64,000 bases of DNA from Patescibacteria group bacterium. GTDB taxonomy: Bacteria; Patescibacteriota; Microgenomatia; Daviesbacterales; UBA10151. The position numbers were made by a program, and so were the translations under genes. Each line of letters begins with the position of its first letter. The stretch's first letter is position 1. The notes below the pieces were generated by a model that was not told where the DNA came from, made no database searches, and was given only the letters and a program-made list of their open reading frames with translations. Positions 18,104 through 28,066 of the stretch are shown here, in pieces. The stretch lies in the NCBI GenBank assembly GCA_038064895.1, contig JBBTSA010000009.1, positions 13,595-77,594 of the forward strand. The letters run 5' to 3'.

Positions 18104-19029
18104 ATAAGGTTTTAGAGGTTAGAAATTTAACAAAAAGATTTGATACTCCTTCCGGGGAAATTACAGCTGTAGATAATATCAGTTTCTCGCTTAGTGATGG
18201 AGAGATACTTGGGCTACTCGGACCTAACGGTGCAGGTAAAACTACAACCATTCACCTTTTACTCGGAGTGACAACCCCATCCAAGGGTGAAATTAAATAC
18301 TTTGATAAATCCTTTGATAAATCTCGAGAAGAAATTTTAAAAAAAGTAAATTTTTCCTCAGGATATATAAGCCTACCCTGGCTTTTAACTGTTGATGAGA
18401 TACTGGATGTTTTTGCAAGACTTTATGAGATACCAAATAAAAAAGAAAGGATTACAAGACTTTTGTCTATTTTTGAGATAGAGGATTCAAGAAAAAAACA
18501 ATTCTATAAACTTTCAGCAGGACAAAAAAGCAGAGTATTTTTGGTAAAAGCATTTTTAAATTATCCCAGGATAATTCTCCTCGATGAACCTACGGCTTCT
18601 CTTGATCCGGACATTGCGGAAAAGGTAAGAGAATTCTTAAAAAAGGAAAGAAAAGAGTTTAAAGTCAGTATGATTTTTACCTCACACAATATGCCGGAGG
18701 TTGAAGAGATGTGTGACAGATTAATTTTTATAAATCATGGCAAAATAGTTGCAGAAGGAACACCTGAAAAAATAGCCCAAGGAGTAGAAGAGTGCCGTTT
18801 AAATTTAATAATCACGAAAAATCAAGACAGAGCTGTCCGTTTTTTTCATGAAGAAAAACTAAAAATTGAACAAGATAAGAATCACTTTTTGATTCTTGCT
18901 AAAGAGAGTGCAATTGCCTCTCTCCTCACTAAACTTGCCTCAAGAAAAATTGAATACGCTCAAATCAGCATTGATAAACCCAATCTTGAGGATTTCTTTT
19001 TAAGTATGACAAGGGGTAAAAATGATTAA
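18100..19029 (+). CDS. ABC transporter ATP-binding protein
   Basis: GPNGAGKT, LSAGQ, LLDEPT. Confidence 0.93.
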   Translation: MNKVLEVRNLTKRFDTPSGEITAVDNISFSLSDGEILGLLGPNGAGKTTTIHLLLGVTTPSKGEIKYFDKSFDKSREEILKKVNFSSGYISLPWLLTVDEILDVFARLYEIPNKKERITRLLSIFEIEDSRKKQFYKLSAGQKSRVFLVKAFLNYPRIILLDEPTASLDPDIAEKVREFLKKERKEFKVSMIFTSHNMPEVEEMCDRLIFINHGKIVAEGTPEKIAQGVEECRLNLIITKNQDRAVRFFHEEKLKIEQDKNHFLILAKESAIASLLTKLASRKIEYAQISIDKPNLEDFFLSMTRGKND

Positions 19030-19810
19030 TAAAAACATAGTTATAGCGTTAATTTATCACTATTCATATATTTGGAGGCACAGCTGGGACAGGATTGGTG
19101 ATTCATTCTACTGGCCTGCAATGAATATATTTGTTTGGGGACTTATGAGTTTATATGTTAAGAATGCCAGCACTGAGATTCCACATATTATTCCGGTTAT
19201 TCTAACTGGCGTTGTATTTTGGTTGGTTGTCTGGAGGGCTCAACATGAAATATCTTTAAATCTTTTGGAAGAGTTTTGGAACAGAAATCTTGTCAATATT
19301 TTTATTTCGCCTGTTAGGCTTAGGGAGTGGATAACCTCCGTTACTATTTTTAGTATTGTAAAAATGTTATTAACACTTTCTTTTGCGGCAGTTCTTGTTT
19401 ATTTTTTATATGCCTACAATATTTTTATTTATGGATTTCTGCTTATTCCATTCACACTGAGTCTTATGCTAACCGGTTGGTTTTTGGGATTTTTCGTCTC
19501 AGGAATTATTATGAGGTTTGGACCTACATTCCAGACTTTGGCATGGATAACTCCAATGATAATTGTACCCTTTTCCTCTTTCTATTATCCTGTCTATACG
19601 CTTCCGGATTGGGCGCAAACTGTGGCAAAATTTTTACCCAGTACATACATCATGGAGGGAATGAGAGAAATTATCTTCACCGATAATTTTACTTACGATA
19701 AACTTTTTATAAGTTTTGGACTTAACTTTGTTTATCTTGCCCTTTCAATAACCTTTTTTATTTTTATGTTTAATAAAAGCAAAGAATTAGGTTTTGGAAG
19801 ATGGGGATAA
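19022..19810 (+). CDS. ABC-2 type permease
   Basis: 6 TM segments, YYPVYTLPDW motif, coupled to the ATPase gene. Confidence 0.88.
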   Translation: MINKNIVIALIYHYSYIWRHSWDRIGDSFYWPAMNIFVWGLMSLYVKNASTEIPHIIPVILTGVVFWLVVWRAQHEISLNLLEEFWNRNLVNIFISPVRLREWITSVTIFSIVKMLLTLSFAAVLVYFLYAYNIFIYGFLLIPFTLSLMLTGWFLGFFVSGIIMRFGPTFQTLAWITPMIIVPFSSFYYPVYTLPDWAQTVAKFLPSTYIMEGMREIIFTDNFTYDKLFISFGLNFVYLALSITFFIFMFNKSKELGFGRWG

Positions 19811-19812
19811 AT

Positions 19813-20709
19813 TTAGTGCTCTAATCTTTCCTCCCAGAAAACCAGCAGAGCTGTAGCATTAAATATTGAGGAATAAGTTCCGGAAATTATTCCTATAAGT
19901 AGTGCCACCACAAACCATTTAATGGTTTCACCACCAAATAAAAGCAGCGCTACCAAGACAAATACCACAGTAAGTGATGTATTCAAAGACCTTGCCAATG
20001 TCTGAACTACGGAAATATTCGCAACATCCGTAAATTTTTTGCCAATATTTTTTAAAAGATTTTCTCTAATCCTATCAAAAACAACAATAGTATCATGAAC
20101 TGAAAAACCTATGATTGTTAAAAGCGCGGTAACAAATAAGGTATCAACCTCTACACCAAGGTAATGTCCCAAAATAGCAAATACACCAACTACAAATAAC
20201 ACATCGTGCAAAAGCGCTATAATCGCACAAACTCCAAATCTCCAAGATGAAGCAGGTTTTGGAACTTTTCTAAAAGAAAATGAGATAAAGAAAACTATTG
20301 CTAAACTTGCAAAAGTCAAGGCAATTAAAGCTTTACTTTGAAGTTCTTTACCAATAGTTGGACCAACAAACTCTACCCGCCTTTCCTCTACTCCGCCAGC
20401 TGGCGAACCGTATTTATCCTCCAAACTTTTACGTAATGTATTGATTTTTTCTTGTTCCAAAGGTTTGGTACGGATTATATATGAATTATCAGAAGAGGCA
20501 ACAATTTGACCAATTTCCACTCCATGACTGGAAACCAAATCCCTTAATTCATTTACATGAATAGGGTTCGTAAACTGGTACTCAAGCAAAGCTCCTCCTG
20601 TAAAATCTATTCCAAACCTTAAAGAGGATGTTAATAAAAAATAAATACCCGGTAAAATCAAAAAAGCCGATAAAATAAAATAAAAGAATTTATACTTCAT
20701 TAAGTTCAT
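19813..20709 (-). CDS. secF: protein translocase subunit SecF
   Basis: GIDFTGG, VGPTIG, GFSVHDTIVVFDRIRE, GTYSSIF. Confidence 0.96.
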   Translation of the reverse strand: MNLMKYKFFYFILSAFLILPGIYFLLTSSLRFGIDFTGGALLEYQFTNPIHVNELRDLVSSHGVEIGQIVASSDNSYIIRTKPLEQEKINTLRKSLEDKYGSPAGGVEERRVEFVGPTIGKELQSKALIALTFASLAIVFFISFSFRKVPKPASSWRFGVCAIIALLHDVLFVVGVFAILGHYLGVEVDTLFVTALLTIIGFSVHDTIVVFDRIRENLLKNIGKKFTDVANISVVQTLARSLNTSLTVVFVLVALLLFGGETIKWFVVALLIGIISGTYSSIFNATALLVFWEERLEH

Positions 20710-20710
20710 A

Positions 20711-21037
20711 TTATTTACTCCTCTTTGATTTGATTAAGTCCTCATGCAACTCATCCTTCAAATCTTCTGCAGCTTTTTTTATTTTTTCTTCCACTTTATC
20801 CACCTTTTCATTTAAAAAATTCCAAATTTTTTGGTGATCCTCCATATTTAGATGCTGTAAGAAAGCTCGCTTATCTTCGGCGGAAAGCTCGGATAAAATG
20901 GCATCAATTATTGTGTAGTGTAGTGATGAATCTACTAAAGAGGCAAGATGTAATTTCTGGTTCTTAGATAAATCTAGTTTATCCAGCTCGTAAGTTATTG
21001 AGTCTATCTCTATTATATGACTGTAAAATCTTTTCAT
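20711..21037 (-). CDS. hypothetical helical protein
   Basis: 108-aa ORF translationally coupled between secD and secF. Confidence 0.75.
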   Translation of the reverse strand: MKRFYSHIIEIDSITYELDKLDLSKNQKLHLASLVDSSLHYTIIDAILSELSAEDKRAFLQHLNMEDHQKIWNFLNEKVDKVEEKIKKAAEDLKDELHEDLIKSKRSK

Positions 21038-21906
21038 GCCTGACCTTTCACTTTAATTGGGCCCAATGGTATCTCATCCTTTGGGTCATCAATAAAAAAA
21101 TATAAAACAGCTCCCTTTCTTGGACCGGTTGCTAACCCTAAAACATCCATAACTTCAGGCGAGCCCCCCAAATGTTTTCCTGTCCAAGCAGCGGGTCCTG
21201 CATCACCGATAACTGCCACAACAGACTGTCCTGTTTTAGGATTAACAACTAATATTTTTCTATATTTAAAAAAATCTCTATATTTTCCTACATTTTCCGC
21301 AAAACCAGGGGATAAAAATGTTTGAATTGCCAAATAATATTTTTCTCTCATTTTTTGAGATTCCCCAAATTCTTGCTTTGAAGGTGCAAAATATCCCCAA
21401 GCACCTAAGGACGGTGCAATTCCTGCATCGCTATATTTAGCCCAATCTATTGTATTATCCGCATGGGCATATAAATTATCACCCGGATAACGATATAAGT
21501 GTTGTTCTCCTCCAATTAACCCATAATTTCTGTTAAGCCTTATGCCATCAATACTACCTGTCACCTTTATACCAAAATTACGGGATAAAATTTCGGCAGT
21601 TTCCGATTCCTCATTTGGCTCAAGCGGTCTTACATCAGGAGGCACCACATCATGTAAGGCTTGGGCAAGCAATACATTTGAATCAAATCCTTTTAAAATA
21701 TCGTCCCTTGAAACTATCAGATTTCCTGATGGGAGTACAGGATGTGATGGAGCAGACAAAAGCATAAGCCCCCCTAAAGAACCTATTGCAAGCTGCCTTA
21801 GGTGTGTTCCATGCTTTTCCCATAATTTGTTTTGAATTGCTCTGTGACGCGCAACCCATTTTTTTCTAAGATATTCATAATGCGGCTTTTTAGATGTAAA
21901 TCTCAT
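21034..21906 (-). CDS. hypothetical protein with C-terminal RlpA/DPBB-like segment
   Basis: ILVVNPKTGQSVVAVIGDAGP resembles the RlpA-like V.N..G..V.V...D.GP; one N-terminal hydrophobic segment. Confidence 0.6.
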   Translation of the reverse strand: MRFTSKKPHYEYLRKKWVARHRAIQNKLWEKHGTHLRQLAIGSLGGLMLLSAPSHPVLPSGNLIVSRDDILKGFDSNVLLAQALHDVVPPDVRPLEPNEESETAEILSRNFGIKVTGSIDGIRLNRNYGLIGGEQHLYRYPGDNLYAHADNTIDWAKYSDAGIAPSLGAWGYFAPSKQEFGESQKMREKYYLAIQTFLSPGFAENVGKYRDFFKYRKILVVNPKTGQSVVAVIGDAGPAAWTGKHLGGSPEVMDVLGLATGPRKGAVLYFFIDDPKDEIPLGPIKVKGQA

Positions 21907-23171
21907 TTAATAATAAGTCTTAGAAAAGTCCTTGTTACTACATAACTTGTAAACATTGATACTAAAACTCCAATTGCTAAAGTTATAGCAAATCCTCTAA
22001 CTAAAGATGATCCAAAAAATACCAGTATCCCTGCAGTTAAAAGTGATGATATATTAGATGCCCAAATAGAAGACCATGCTCTTTTAAAACCAAGATCCAG
22101 AGCAGTCATCTTGCTTTTCCCCCACCTTGTTTCTTCTTTCATCCTTTCAAAAATTAAAATATTGGCATCAACTGCCATACCTATTGATAAAATAAATCCT
22201 GCAATCCCGGCTAAAGTCAAAGTAATAGGGGGAAGGATAAATAGACCTGTTTTGAAAATTGCTAAAACTAAAAGTGTATAGATAATTAAAGCTAAATCTG
22301 CTACTGTCCCCAAGTAACCATAATACAACCCCATATAAATTGCAACTATACTCAAACCAATTATTCCTGCCGCTAAACTCTTCTGGACAGACTGCGATCC
22401 TAAAGTTGGGCCAATTGATCTTTGTTCCAAAATTTTAATTGGCACAGGCAAAGCGCCTGCATTTAGTTGTATGCTCAAATTCTTTGCTTCATCTGTTGTA
22501 AACTGTCCTGTAATGACTGCATTTCCCCCGAGAATTTCCTGTTGAACTGTGGGGGCTGAAATTGGTTGGCCGTCTAAGAAGATTGCCAACACTTTGCCTA
22601 CATTTCTTTTCGTAATATCAGCGAATTTTTTTGCTCCCTCTTCATTAAATTCTATCCCAACTTGTGGTCCAGATCTTACTCCTTGGGTACCACCAAAAGT
22701 TACTTGAGCTCTTTTTAAATCTGCGCCGGTAAGACCCGTCGGCCTGGCAAGAAATATTAATGGTATTCCGGATTTTGTAGCTTCAGCCTCTTGAGCAGAA
22801 ATTGCTGCAGGTATTTCCCTAAATTCCAATTCTGCTGTTTTACCAACTAAATTTGCGGCCGCTGTTGCATCTTTAAGTCCAGGCAATTCTACCAAAATTC
22901 TTCTCTGCTCACCAATTTTTGATGTTTGAACTACCGCTTCTGAAACCCCATAGAGGTTAACTCTTTTTTCCAATACCTCTCTTGCTGACTCCAAAGCGCT
23001 ATCACGACTTTGAGGATCAATTTTCTCCGTCTGAGCTTCTAAAATAAGCTCACTTCCTCCTTGTAAATCAAGGCCCAATTTTAAAGGGAAATATGGAAGT
23101 TTGGGAAAATCTATAATAGAAGAGATTAAGACAATAATAATTATAAACCATAGTAACCATCTGGGCTTCAT
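21903..23171 (-). CDS. secD: protein translocase subunit SecD
   Basis: LGLDLQGG, GVSE, LNAGALPVP, GMAVDANILIFER. Confidence 0.96.
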   Translation of the reverse strand: MKPRWLLWFIIIIVLISSIIDFPKLPYFPLKLGLDLQGGSELILEAQTEKIDPQSRDSALESAREVLEKRVNLYGVSEAVVQTSKIGEQRRILVELPGLKDATAAANLVGKTAELEFREIPAAISAQEAEATKSGIPLIFLARPTGLTGADLKRAQVTFGGTQGVRSGPQVGIEFNEEGAKKFADITKRNVGKVLAIFLDGQPISAPTVQQEILGGNAVITGQFTTDEAKNLSIQLNAGALPVPIKILEQRSIGPTLGSQSVQKSLAAGIIGLSIVAIYMGLYYGYLGTVADLALIIYTLLVLAIFKTGLFILPPITLTLAGIAGFILSIGMAVDANILIFERMKEETRWGKSKMTALDLGFKRAWSSIWASNISSLLTAGILVFFGSSLVRGFAITLAIGVLVSMFTSYVVTRTFLRLIIK

Positions 23172-23174
23172 ACC

Positions 23175-23771
23175 CTAAACAATTACCCCTTCCAAAAGTT
23201 CATCTTCATCCCCAATTAGCATAATTTTTGGTTGCACAAGTACCCTTATAATAAATGGGTCGCGTCTTTTAACTCTAAACTTAAATTCTGCCTCATCCAT
23301 AAATGAATAATTTATTTCTTGCTCACGCCTTGCTTGTTCATCAGAAACGATTGTCTGGAGTTCCGGCAATACAATGTTTCCAACTACCAAAAGATCAACA
23401 TCATCCTTTGACGGAGCAACGCCTTTGACGAACCTTGTTGCCAAAAACGCATACCTTACTTTGCCCAGTTTTACCTTATTCTTAATTAAATTTCCACCTA
23501 TCCCCGATGTCTTAGCAATCAGTGATAATAGTTCCCGATAAAATAAATAATCTCTTCTGAATCTATACAGCCTTCTGTTTGCGCGCCATTCGGATGAAAC
23601 CATTCCAAACTTCTCCATCCTAGCAAGTTCCCGCCTCACGGCATTTATTTCTTCGGCTACTCTTCTAACTATCTCACGGACATGAAAAAGTGAATCTTGC
23701 GGGGAAGACAAAAAAAGAGTAAGTATTTTTACCCGGACTTTTGATACGAATAATTCTTCTAACACTGCCAC
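23175..23771 (-). CDS. winged-HTH plus degenerate nucleotidyltransferase-like protein
   Basis: LFVSKVRVKIL..HVREIVR..INAVRREL; DDVDLLVVG. Confidence 0.7.
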   Translation of the reverse strand: MAVLEELFVSKVRVKILTLFLSSPQDSLFHVREIVRRVAEEINAVRRELARMEKFGMVSSEWRANRRLYRFRRDYLFYRELLSLIAKTSGIGGNLIKNKVKLGKVRYAFLATRFVKGVAPSKDDVDLLVVGNIVLPELQTIVSDEQARREQEINYSFMDEAEFKFRVKRRDPFIIRVLVQPKIMLIGDEDELLEGVIV

Positions 23772-23792
23772 CTCCTTTCTAGGCAGATGATA

Positions 23793-24986
23793 TCAATACG
23801 TAACTTTAGATCCCTCCGGGACAGTCTGGATCCATATCTGACCTCTTATAAATTCTACTTCCTTACCATTTTTATCAACGAATTTGCTTCTTGAGGTCCG
23901 AGACTGCTTAACCCATTTACCTTCCAATACATTACCGTTCTGGAAAATTAAGGCTCGACCACTTCCTACTGTGCCATAAAGTAAATGGACATTCCCCGGA
24001 TAACCATCGTTAGCATTTGACTCCCGCTGAAACTGAACCACAATATTTTTTGCTTCTAGTTGCTTTTTATTATTTAGATCAAGATGAGTCTCGCTACCAT
24101 GTTTTCTTTTATAGCAACTGCATGTTGCTTCATAATTCCATTCAACTTGATAGTTTGATTGATTCTCCCAAAAGTTTACAGTAATTTGAATAGCCTGTTT
24201 GCCATCATCTTGTGGCGGGCCATTTGAATCATTAAATTTCCAGGGGGTAAAATTTTCATCCCACCTGATTCCTGCTGAATCTGTTGCCAGAAAGCCCCGT
24301 TTTGCACCAACACCCCAAAGCTTTTGGGTCGTTGAGTACATGGTATGTTCTGTTGCAACAGGGTGATCCAGCCTTTGATAATCGCGCCAAAATACAGGAA
24401 AACCAATTGAGAATTGGTTTAAATCCTTAATATCATATTTTATTATTTGTCCTAAAGCATCCGCTAATCCAGGGGTGTTTGCGCCTCCAACGTGAGCATA
24501 TAAGCCGTCATATTCCGAAAGCCAATCAAGATAATAAGTTCTCGCTGACCTAACAGGACCGACTTGTACATCTGCCAAATTGCATAAATAAATTGCCATA
24601 AAGCGGGTAATGCCACCTTCTGCTACTGCCTCATAGATAATATCTGCAGATGAAAGTCCTGATTGAGGTCTTGCCTCAACGTGATTTTCTATCATGGTAG
24701 CAAGAGGGCGTCTTTGCTCCCAAGCATCCTTTGCTTTTTTGGTGTGAAATAAACCATTGAGCGGACAAGCTTCTGTCTTGGGTTCATTAGGGTCTTCTTC
24801 AAATGCTCCTGTAGGCCCGGGTAAGGCAGATGTTAAAACTCCATTTGGGGCACCTTTACCAATTTTGCTAAATAAAGAATAGGATATGCTCGAGGAGGTA
24901 CTATAAATTACTACAGCTAAAATTGTTAAACTTAAAATTTTTTGTAAATTAGTTAATTCTTGAAATGTTTCAAGAATATTACCCAT
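23793..24986 (-). CDS. DUF3048/YerB-family protein
   Basis: RPLATMIEN..ARPQSGL..ADIIYEAVAEGGITRF, GPVRSAR. Confidence 0.88.
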   Translation of the reverse strand: MGNILETFQELTNLQKILSLTILAVVIYSTSSSISYSLFSKIGKGAPNGVLTSALPGPTGAFEEDPNEPKTEACPLNGLFHTKKAKDAWEQRRPLATMIENHVEARPQSGLSSADIIYEAVAEGGITRFMAIYLCNLADVQVGPVRSARTYYLDWLSEYDGLYAHVGGANTPGLADALGQIIKYDIKDLNQFSIGFPVFWRDYQRLDHPVATEHTMYSTTQKLWGVGAKRGFLATDSAGIRWDENFTPWKFNDSNGPPQDDGKQAIQITVNFWENQSNYQVEWNYEATCSCYKRKHGSETHLDLNNKKQLEAKNIVVQFQRESNANDGYPGNVHLLYGTVGSGRALIFQNGNVLEGKWVKQSRTSRSKFVDKNGKEVEFIRGQIWIQTVPEGSKVTY

Positions 24987-24990
24987 TATA

Positions 24991-25470
24991 TTAGTCATCT
25001 TTTTGTTTTAATGCTTTCTCTAAAACAGCCTTCTCTTCTTTTGAAAATTGATATTTTTGTCCCTTACCCTCTATTACTGGTTTAGCAAAAATCCTTGTAC
25101 CATTCCTTGCATGTAAACTGGTCACAACTATCCCTGATCCTCCCTCATTAAGCAAGGCTAAAGAAAAGCTTATATTGCCTCCTGTATCATCATAAGGGTT
25201 ATACCGCAAAAGCGAAACTTTCTGTATATGATTTACGCCTTGTTTATCAAGCTGCAACAATTTTTCTTCCAATCCTTTCAAATCTCCTTTGAACTCATTA
25301 ACCAATTTTACGACTTCCTCAAATTTAATCCTTATATCTCTTTCTCCTGATTTTGGAAAAAGAGCTCTAAGAAAATTTTGCTGTTTCCAAATCATAAAAC
25401 TTAAGATCCCAAGCCAGATAAAAATTACCGCCACCGCCAGTTGGGCGAAGACGGGCCAATCCGAATACAT
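24991..25470 (-). CDS. DUF4446-family protein
   Basis: N-terminal TM; RYNPYDDTGGNISFSLALL..SLHAR..FAKP. Confidence 0.85.
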   Translation of the reverse strand: MYSDWPVFAQLAVAVIFIWLGILSFMIWKQQNFLRALFPKSGERDIRIKFEEVVKLVNEFKGDLKGLEEKLLQLDKQGVNHIQKVSLLRYNPYDDTGGNISFSLALLNEGGSGIVVTSLHARNGTRIFAKPVIEGKGQKYQFSKEEKAVLEKALKQKDD

Positions 25471-25618
25471 AAGTTACTCTTTTAATATAACTTTAGCCAA
25501 AGAATTTGTCAATGAAGGAAAATACCCTTCCCTCAAGAAGAAAATAATCCGCCCCATAGTCCTAGCCTCATTTGGTGCTTGACAAGCATGCTTGTGCGTG
25601 CTAGGCTCAACTGTGCGT

Positions 25619-25888
25619 ATGGCTATCCATGAGTTAAAAAAACAAACGGATATTGAGAAGCGCCTCAAGCTACTTCGGCAACAAATTTATGGTAAAGAAA
25701 AAAAGTGGGAAGTTAGAGGTGAGAAGATCACCACCACCCATCTACCACATCTTACATCTAGCGCAGAAATTTCCTACCTCTATAAGGATCTACTTAAAAT
25801 ATTAATCTTTGCTTCCTTAGCAATAGGAGCTCAGGTTATTCTATTTTTCCTTTCAAAAAACCATATTTTAAACCTAAATTTCTTTTAG
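25619..25888 (+). CDS. hypothetical membrane protein
   Basis: C-terminal TM (DLLKILIFASLAIGAQVIL); promoter TTGACA at 25579. Confidence 0.65.
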   Translation: MAIHELKKQTDIEKRLKLLRQQIYGKEKKWEVRGEKITTTHLPHLTSSAEISYLYKDLLKILIFASLAIGAQVILFFLSKNHILNLNFF

Positions 25889-25908
25889 AAAGGGGGTGAT
25901 TTTCGAGT

Positions 25909-26049
25909 ATGACACAAATGTATTGTGTAAAATGCCGTCAAAAAAGAGATGCTGAAAACGTTCAGCAAGTTACCATGAAAAATGGCAAGAAGGCCTCAAA
26001 AGGCACTTGTCCAAATTGCGGCACCTCCATGTTTAGAATTGGTGGGTAA
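25909..26049 (+). CDS. DUF5679-like small zinc-ribbon protein (not in ORF track)
   Basis: MTQMYCVKCRQKRDAENVQQVTMKNGKKASKGTCPNCGTSMFRIGG; strong SD GAAAGGGGGTGA. Confidence 0.88.
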   Translation: MTQMYCVKCRQKRDAENVQQVTMKNGKKASKGTCPNCGTSMFRIGG

Positions 26050-26085
26050 TCCGCCAGCTGGCGGACTGCCCATACTGAAATTTGA

Positions 26086-26122
26086 GAAAAACTACGTCCA
26101 TATAAACTGGACGTAGTTTTTC
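26086..26122. terminator. bidirectional intrinsic terminator
   Basis: GAAAAACTACGTCCA-N7-TGGACGTAGTTTTTC between convergent genes. Confidence 0.85.
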
Positions 26123-26128
26123 ATGGAG

Positions 26129-27667
26129 CTAGAGTTCCTCTCTAGATCGATACTGTAAGCTTTCCGCGATATGCTCTGTTAAAATGTTTTCAGATCCTGA
26201 AAGATCTGCTATAGTTCTTGAAAGTTTCAAAACCCTATGATAGCCTCTTGCAGATAAATTTAGACTGGAAATAGCCATTTTCAAAAGTTCCAATCCATCA
26301 GAGGTAACTGTACAAAACTCCCTAATATCGGCATTCGACATTTCCGAATTAGTCAAAATTCTGCCTGCCCCAGCAAATCTTGCTGCTTGGATTTTCCTTG
26401 CTTTAGTAACTCTAGCTCTTATAGTCTTAGAGTCCTCTGCCAAAAGTTCCCCCGATAATTTATCTACCTCAACTGCAGGCACATCAAGATAAATATCAAT
26501 TCTGTCCAAAAGTGGGCCCGAGATTCTTCTTTTATATTTGGCAATTTGACCCGGCATACAGGAGCAGTTTCTTTTGCTATCGCCTAAAAAGCCGCAAGGA
26601 CAGGGGTTTTGGGCAGCAAAAAGTATAAATTGAGCAGGAAAAGTTAAGGAACCGGAAGCTCTTGAAATAGTTATCTTATGATCCTCCAAAGGTTGTCTTA
26701 AAGATTCCAAAACATACCTTGGGAACTCCGGCAACTCATCCAAGAATAATACTCCTCTATGAGAAAGAGATATCTCTCCAGGCTTAACAGTGTTACCTCC
26801 TCCCAAAAGCCCTACAGCAGAAGCACTGTGGTGTGGCGATCGAAACGGTCTTATAGTTACCAATGATTGCCCATCTTTTAAAAGTCCTGATATAGAATAA
26901 ATCTTTGTTATCTCAATTGCCTCATTAAAATCCAAAGGAGGTAGTATTGAAGGAAAGGCTCGAGCAAGCATTGTTTTACCTGCACCAGGTGGACCTTTTA
27001 ATAATACATTATGTCCTCCTGCAGCTGCTATCTCCAAACCTCTTTTTGCTTGTTCCTGACCTTTTATTTGTGAGAAATTATACTCATAATCTAGGTTTTC
27101 AGTTAAATCAATAGACTTTCTTTTTGCAGGTTCTATAATTTCTTGTCCCATTAAAACCCTCATTATTTGTTGTAAAGAGTCTGCTGCAAAAACATTAACC
27201 CCCTCCACAATTGAGGCCTCATCAGCATTATCTTTTGGAACCAGAATATTTTTAAAGCCTTTTTGTTTTGCAAGTAAAGCATAGGGTAAAATCCCGTCTG
27301 TTTGCCTCAAACCTCCATCCAAGGAGAGTTCTCCTACAACCAGAGTTTTATCAAGTTCAATTGAGGAAGCATCCTTACTTATTAGTTCTGCGGATAAAAG
27401 TAGTCCCAAGGCAATAGGAAGATCAAAAGAAGGGCCTTCTTTTGGTAAATCTGCTGGAGCTAAATTAACAGTGATCTTTTTAGAAGGAAAGTCTTCTTTG
27501 GAGTTTCTAATAGCTGCTCTTACCCGCTCTTTTGATTCCTCAACAGCCCTGTCTGCCAAACCTACAATTGTAAAAGATGGTAAACCTTTAGCTGCAACGT
27601 CAACTTCAGCTGTTACCACGACTGAATCTAAACCAATATTTGCTCCGGAGAAAACTTTTGAAAGCAT
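26129..27667 (-). CDS. comM: ComM/YifB Mg-chelatase-like AAA+ ATPase
   Basis: ITVNLAPADLPKEG, GPPGAGKTMLA, PFRSPHHS, LFLDELPEF, NPCPCG. Confidence 0.93.
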   Translation of the reverse strand: MLSKVFSGANIGLDSVVVTAEVDVAAKGLPSFTIVGLADRAVEESKERVRAAIRNSKEDFPSKKITVNLAPADLPKEGPSFDLPIALGLLLSAELISKDASSIELDKTLVVGELSLDGGLRQTDGILPYALLAKQKGFKNILVPKDNADEASIVEGVNVFAADSLQQIMRVLMGQEIIEPAKRKSIDLTENLDYEYNFSQIKGQEQAKRGLEIAAAGGHNVLLKGPPGAGKTMLARAFPSILPPLDFNEAIEITKIYSISGLLKDGQSLVTIRPFRSPHHSASAVGLLGGGNTVKPGEISLSHRGVLFLDELPEFPRYVLESLRQPLEDHKITISRASGSLTFPAQFILFAAQNPCPCGFLGDSKRNCSCMPGQIAKYKRRISGPLLDRIDIYLDVPAVEVDKLSGELLAEDSKTIRARVTKARKIQAARFAGAGRILTNSEMSNADIREFCTVTSDGLELLKMAISSLNLSARGYHRVLKLSRTIADLSGSENILTEHIAESLQYRSREEL

Positions 27668-27711
27668 TCAATAATAGTATAGAGGAATGGATATTAAATT
27701 GCCTATTTAAA

Positions 27712-27775
27712 TGCCTAGGAAGATAGTAAGCAAAGCTTGCTATCTGATAAGTTACTGCCTAGGAAGATAGTAAGC
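27712..27775. repeat. 20-bp direct repeat of the rnpB 3' end
   Basis: TGCCTAGGAAGATAGTAAGC at 27712-27731 and 27756-27775. Confidence 0.85.
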
Positions 27776-28051
27776 CAGATTCTGTTTCTAGATGATCATT
27801 TATCTTTAGTGTGATATTAGTCACTCTAAGTCCGATTTAATCGGACTGCTCCTGACTCCAACCATTAAGCGAGTAGCTCGGTTGATTCTAGGATTGCAGC
27901 GGGGAGGATTGCCCGTTTCACTTTTCTCGTCTCTGTTGCTCTAACTAGGTCTTACGACTTCCGACTTACGCCGGACACCCTACTCTATGCTGTCTGGACT
28001 TTCCTGTACGTTCATGTAAACTGAACGTACCGATCATCCTTCTTCCTAGGC
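27757..28051 (-). ncRNA. rnpB: RNase P RNA (compact, about 295 nt)
   Basis: AGGAAAGTCCAG and ACAGAATCTGGCTTA (P4), AGAGCAACAGAGA, GTGAAACGGGCAAT; P1 GCCTAGGAAG/CTTCCTAGGC. Confidence 0.92.
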
Positions 28052-28066
28052 TTCTATATTATACAC

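Noticed and set aside
25474-25668. 64-aa minus-strand ORF
   Set aside because: Spans two divergent promoters (TTGACA-N17-TATATT on minus, TTGACA at 25579 on plus); more likely non-coding.
27712-27775. possible mini CRISPR array
   Set aside because: Only two 20-bp copies, one of which is the rnpB 3' end; no cas genes in the window.
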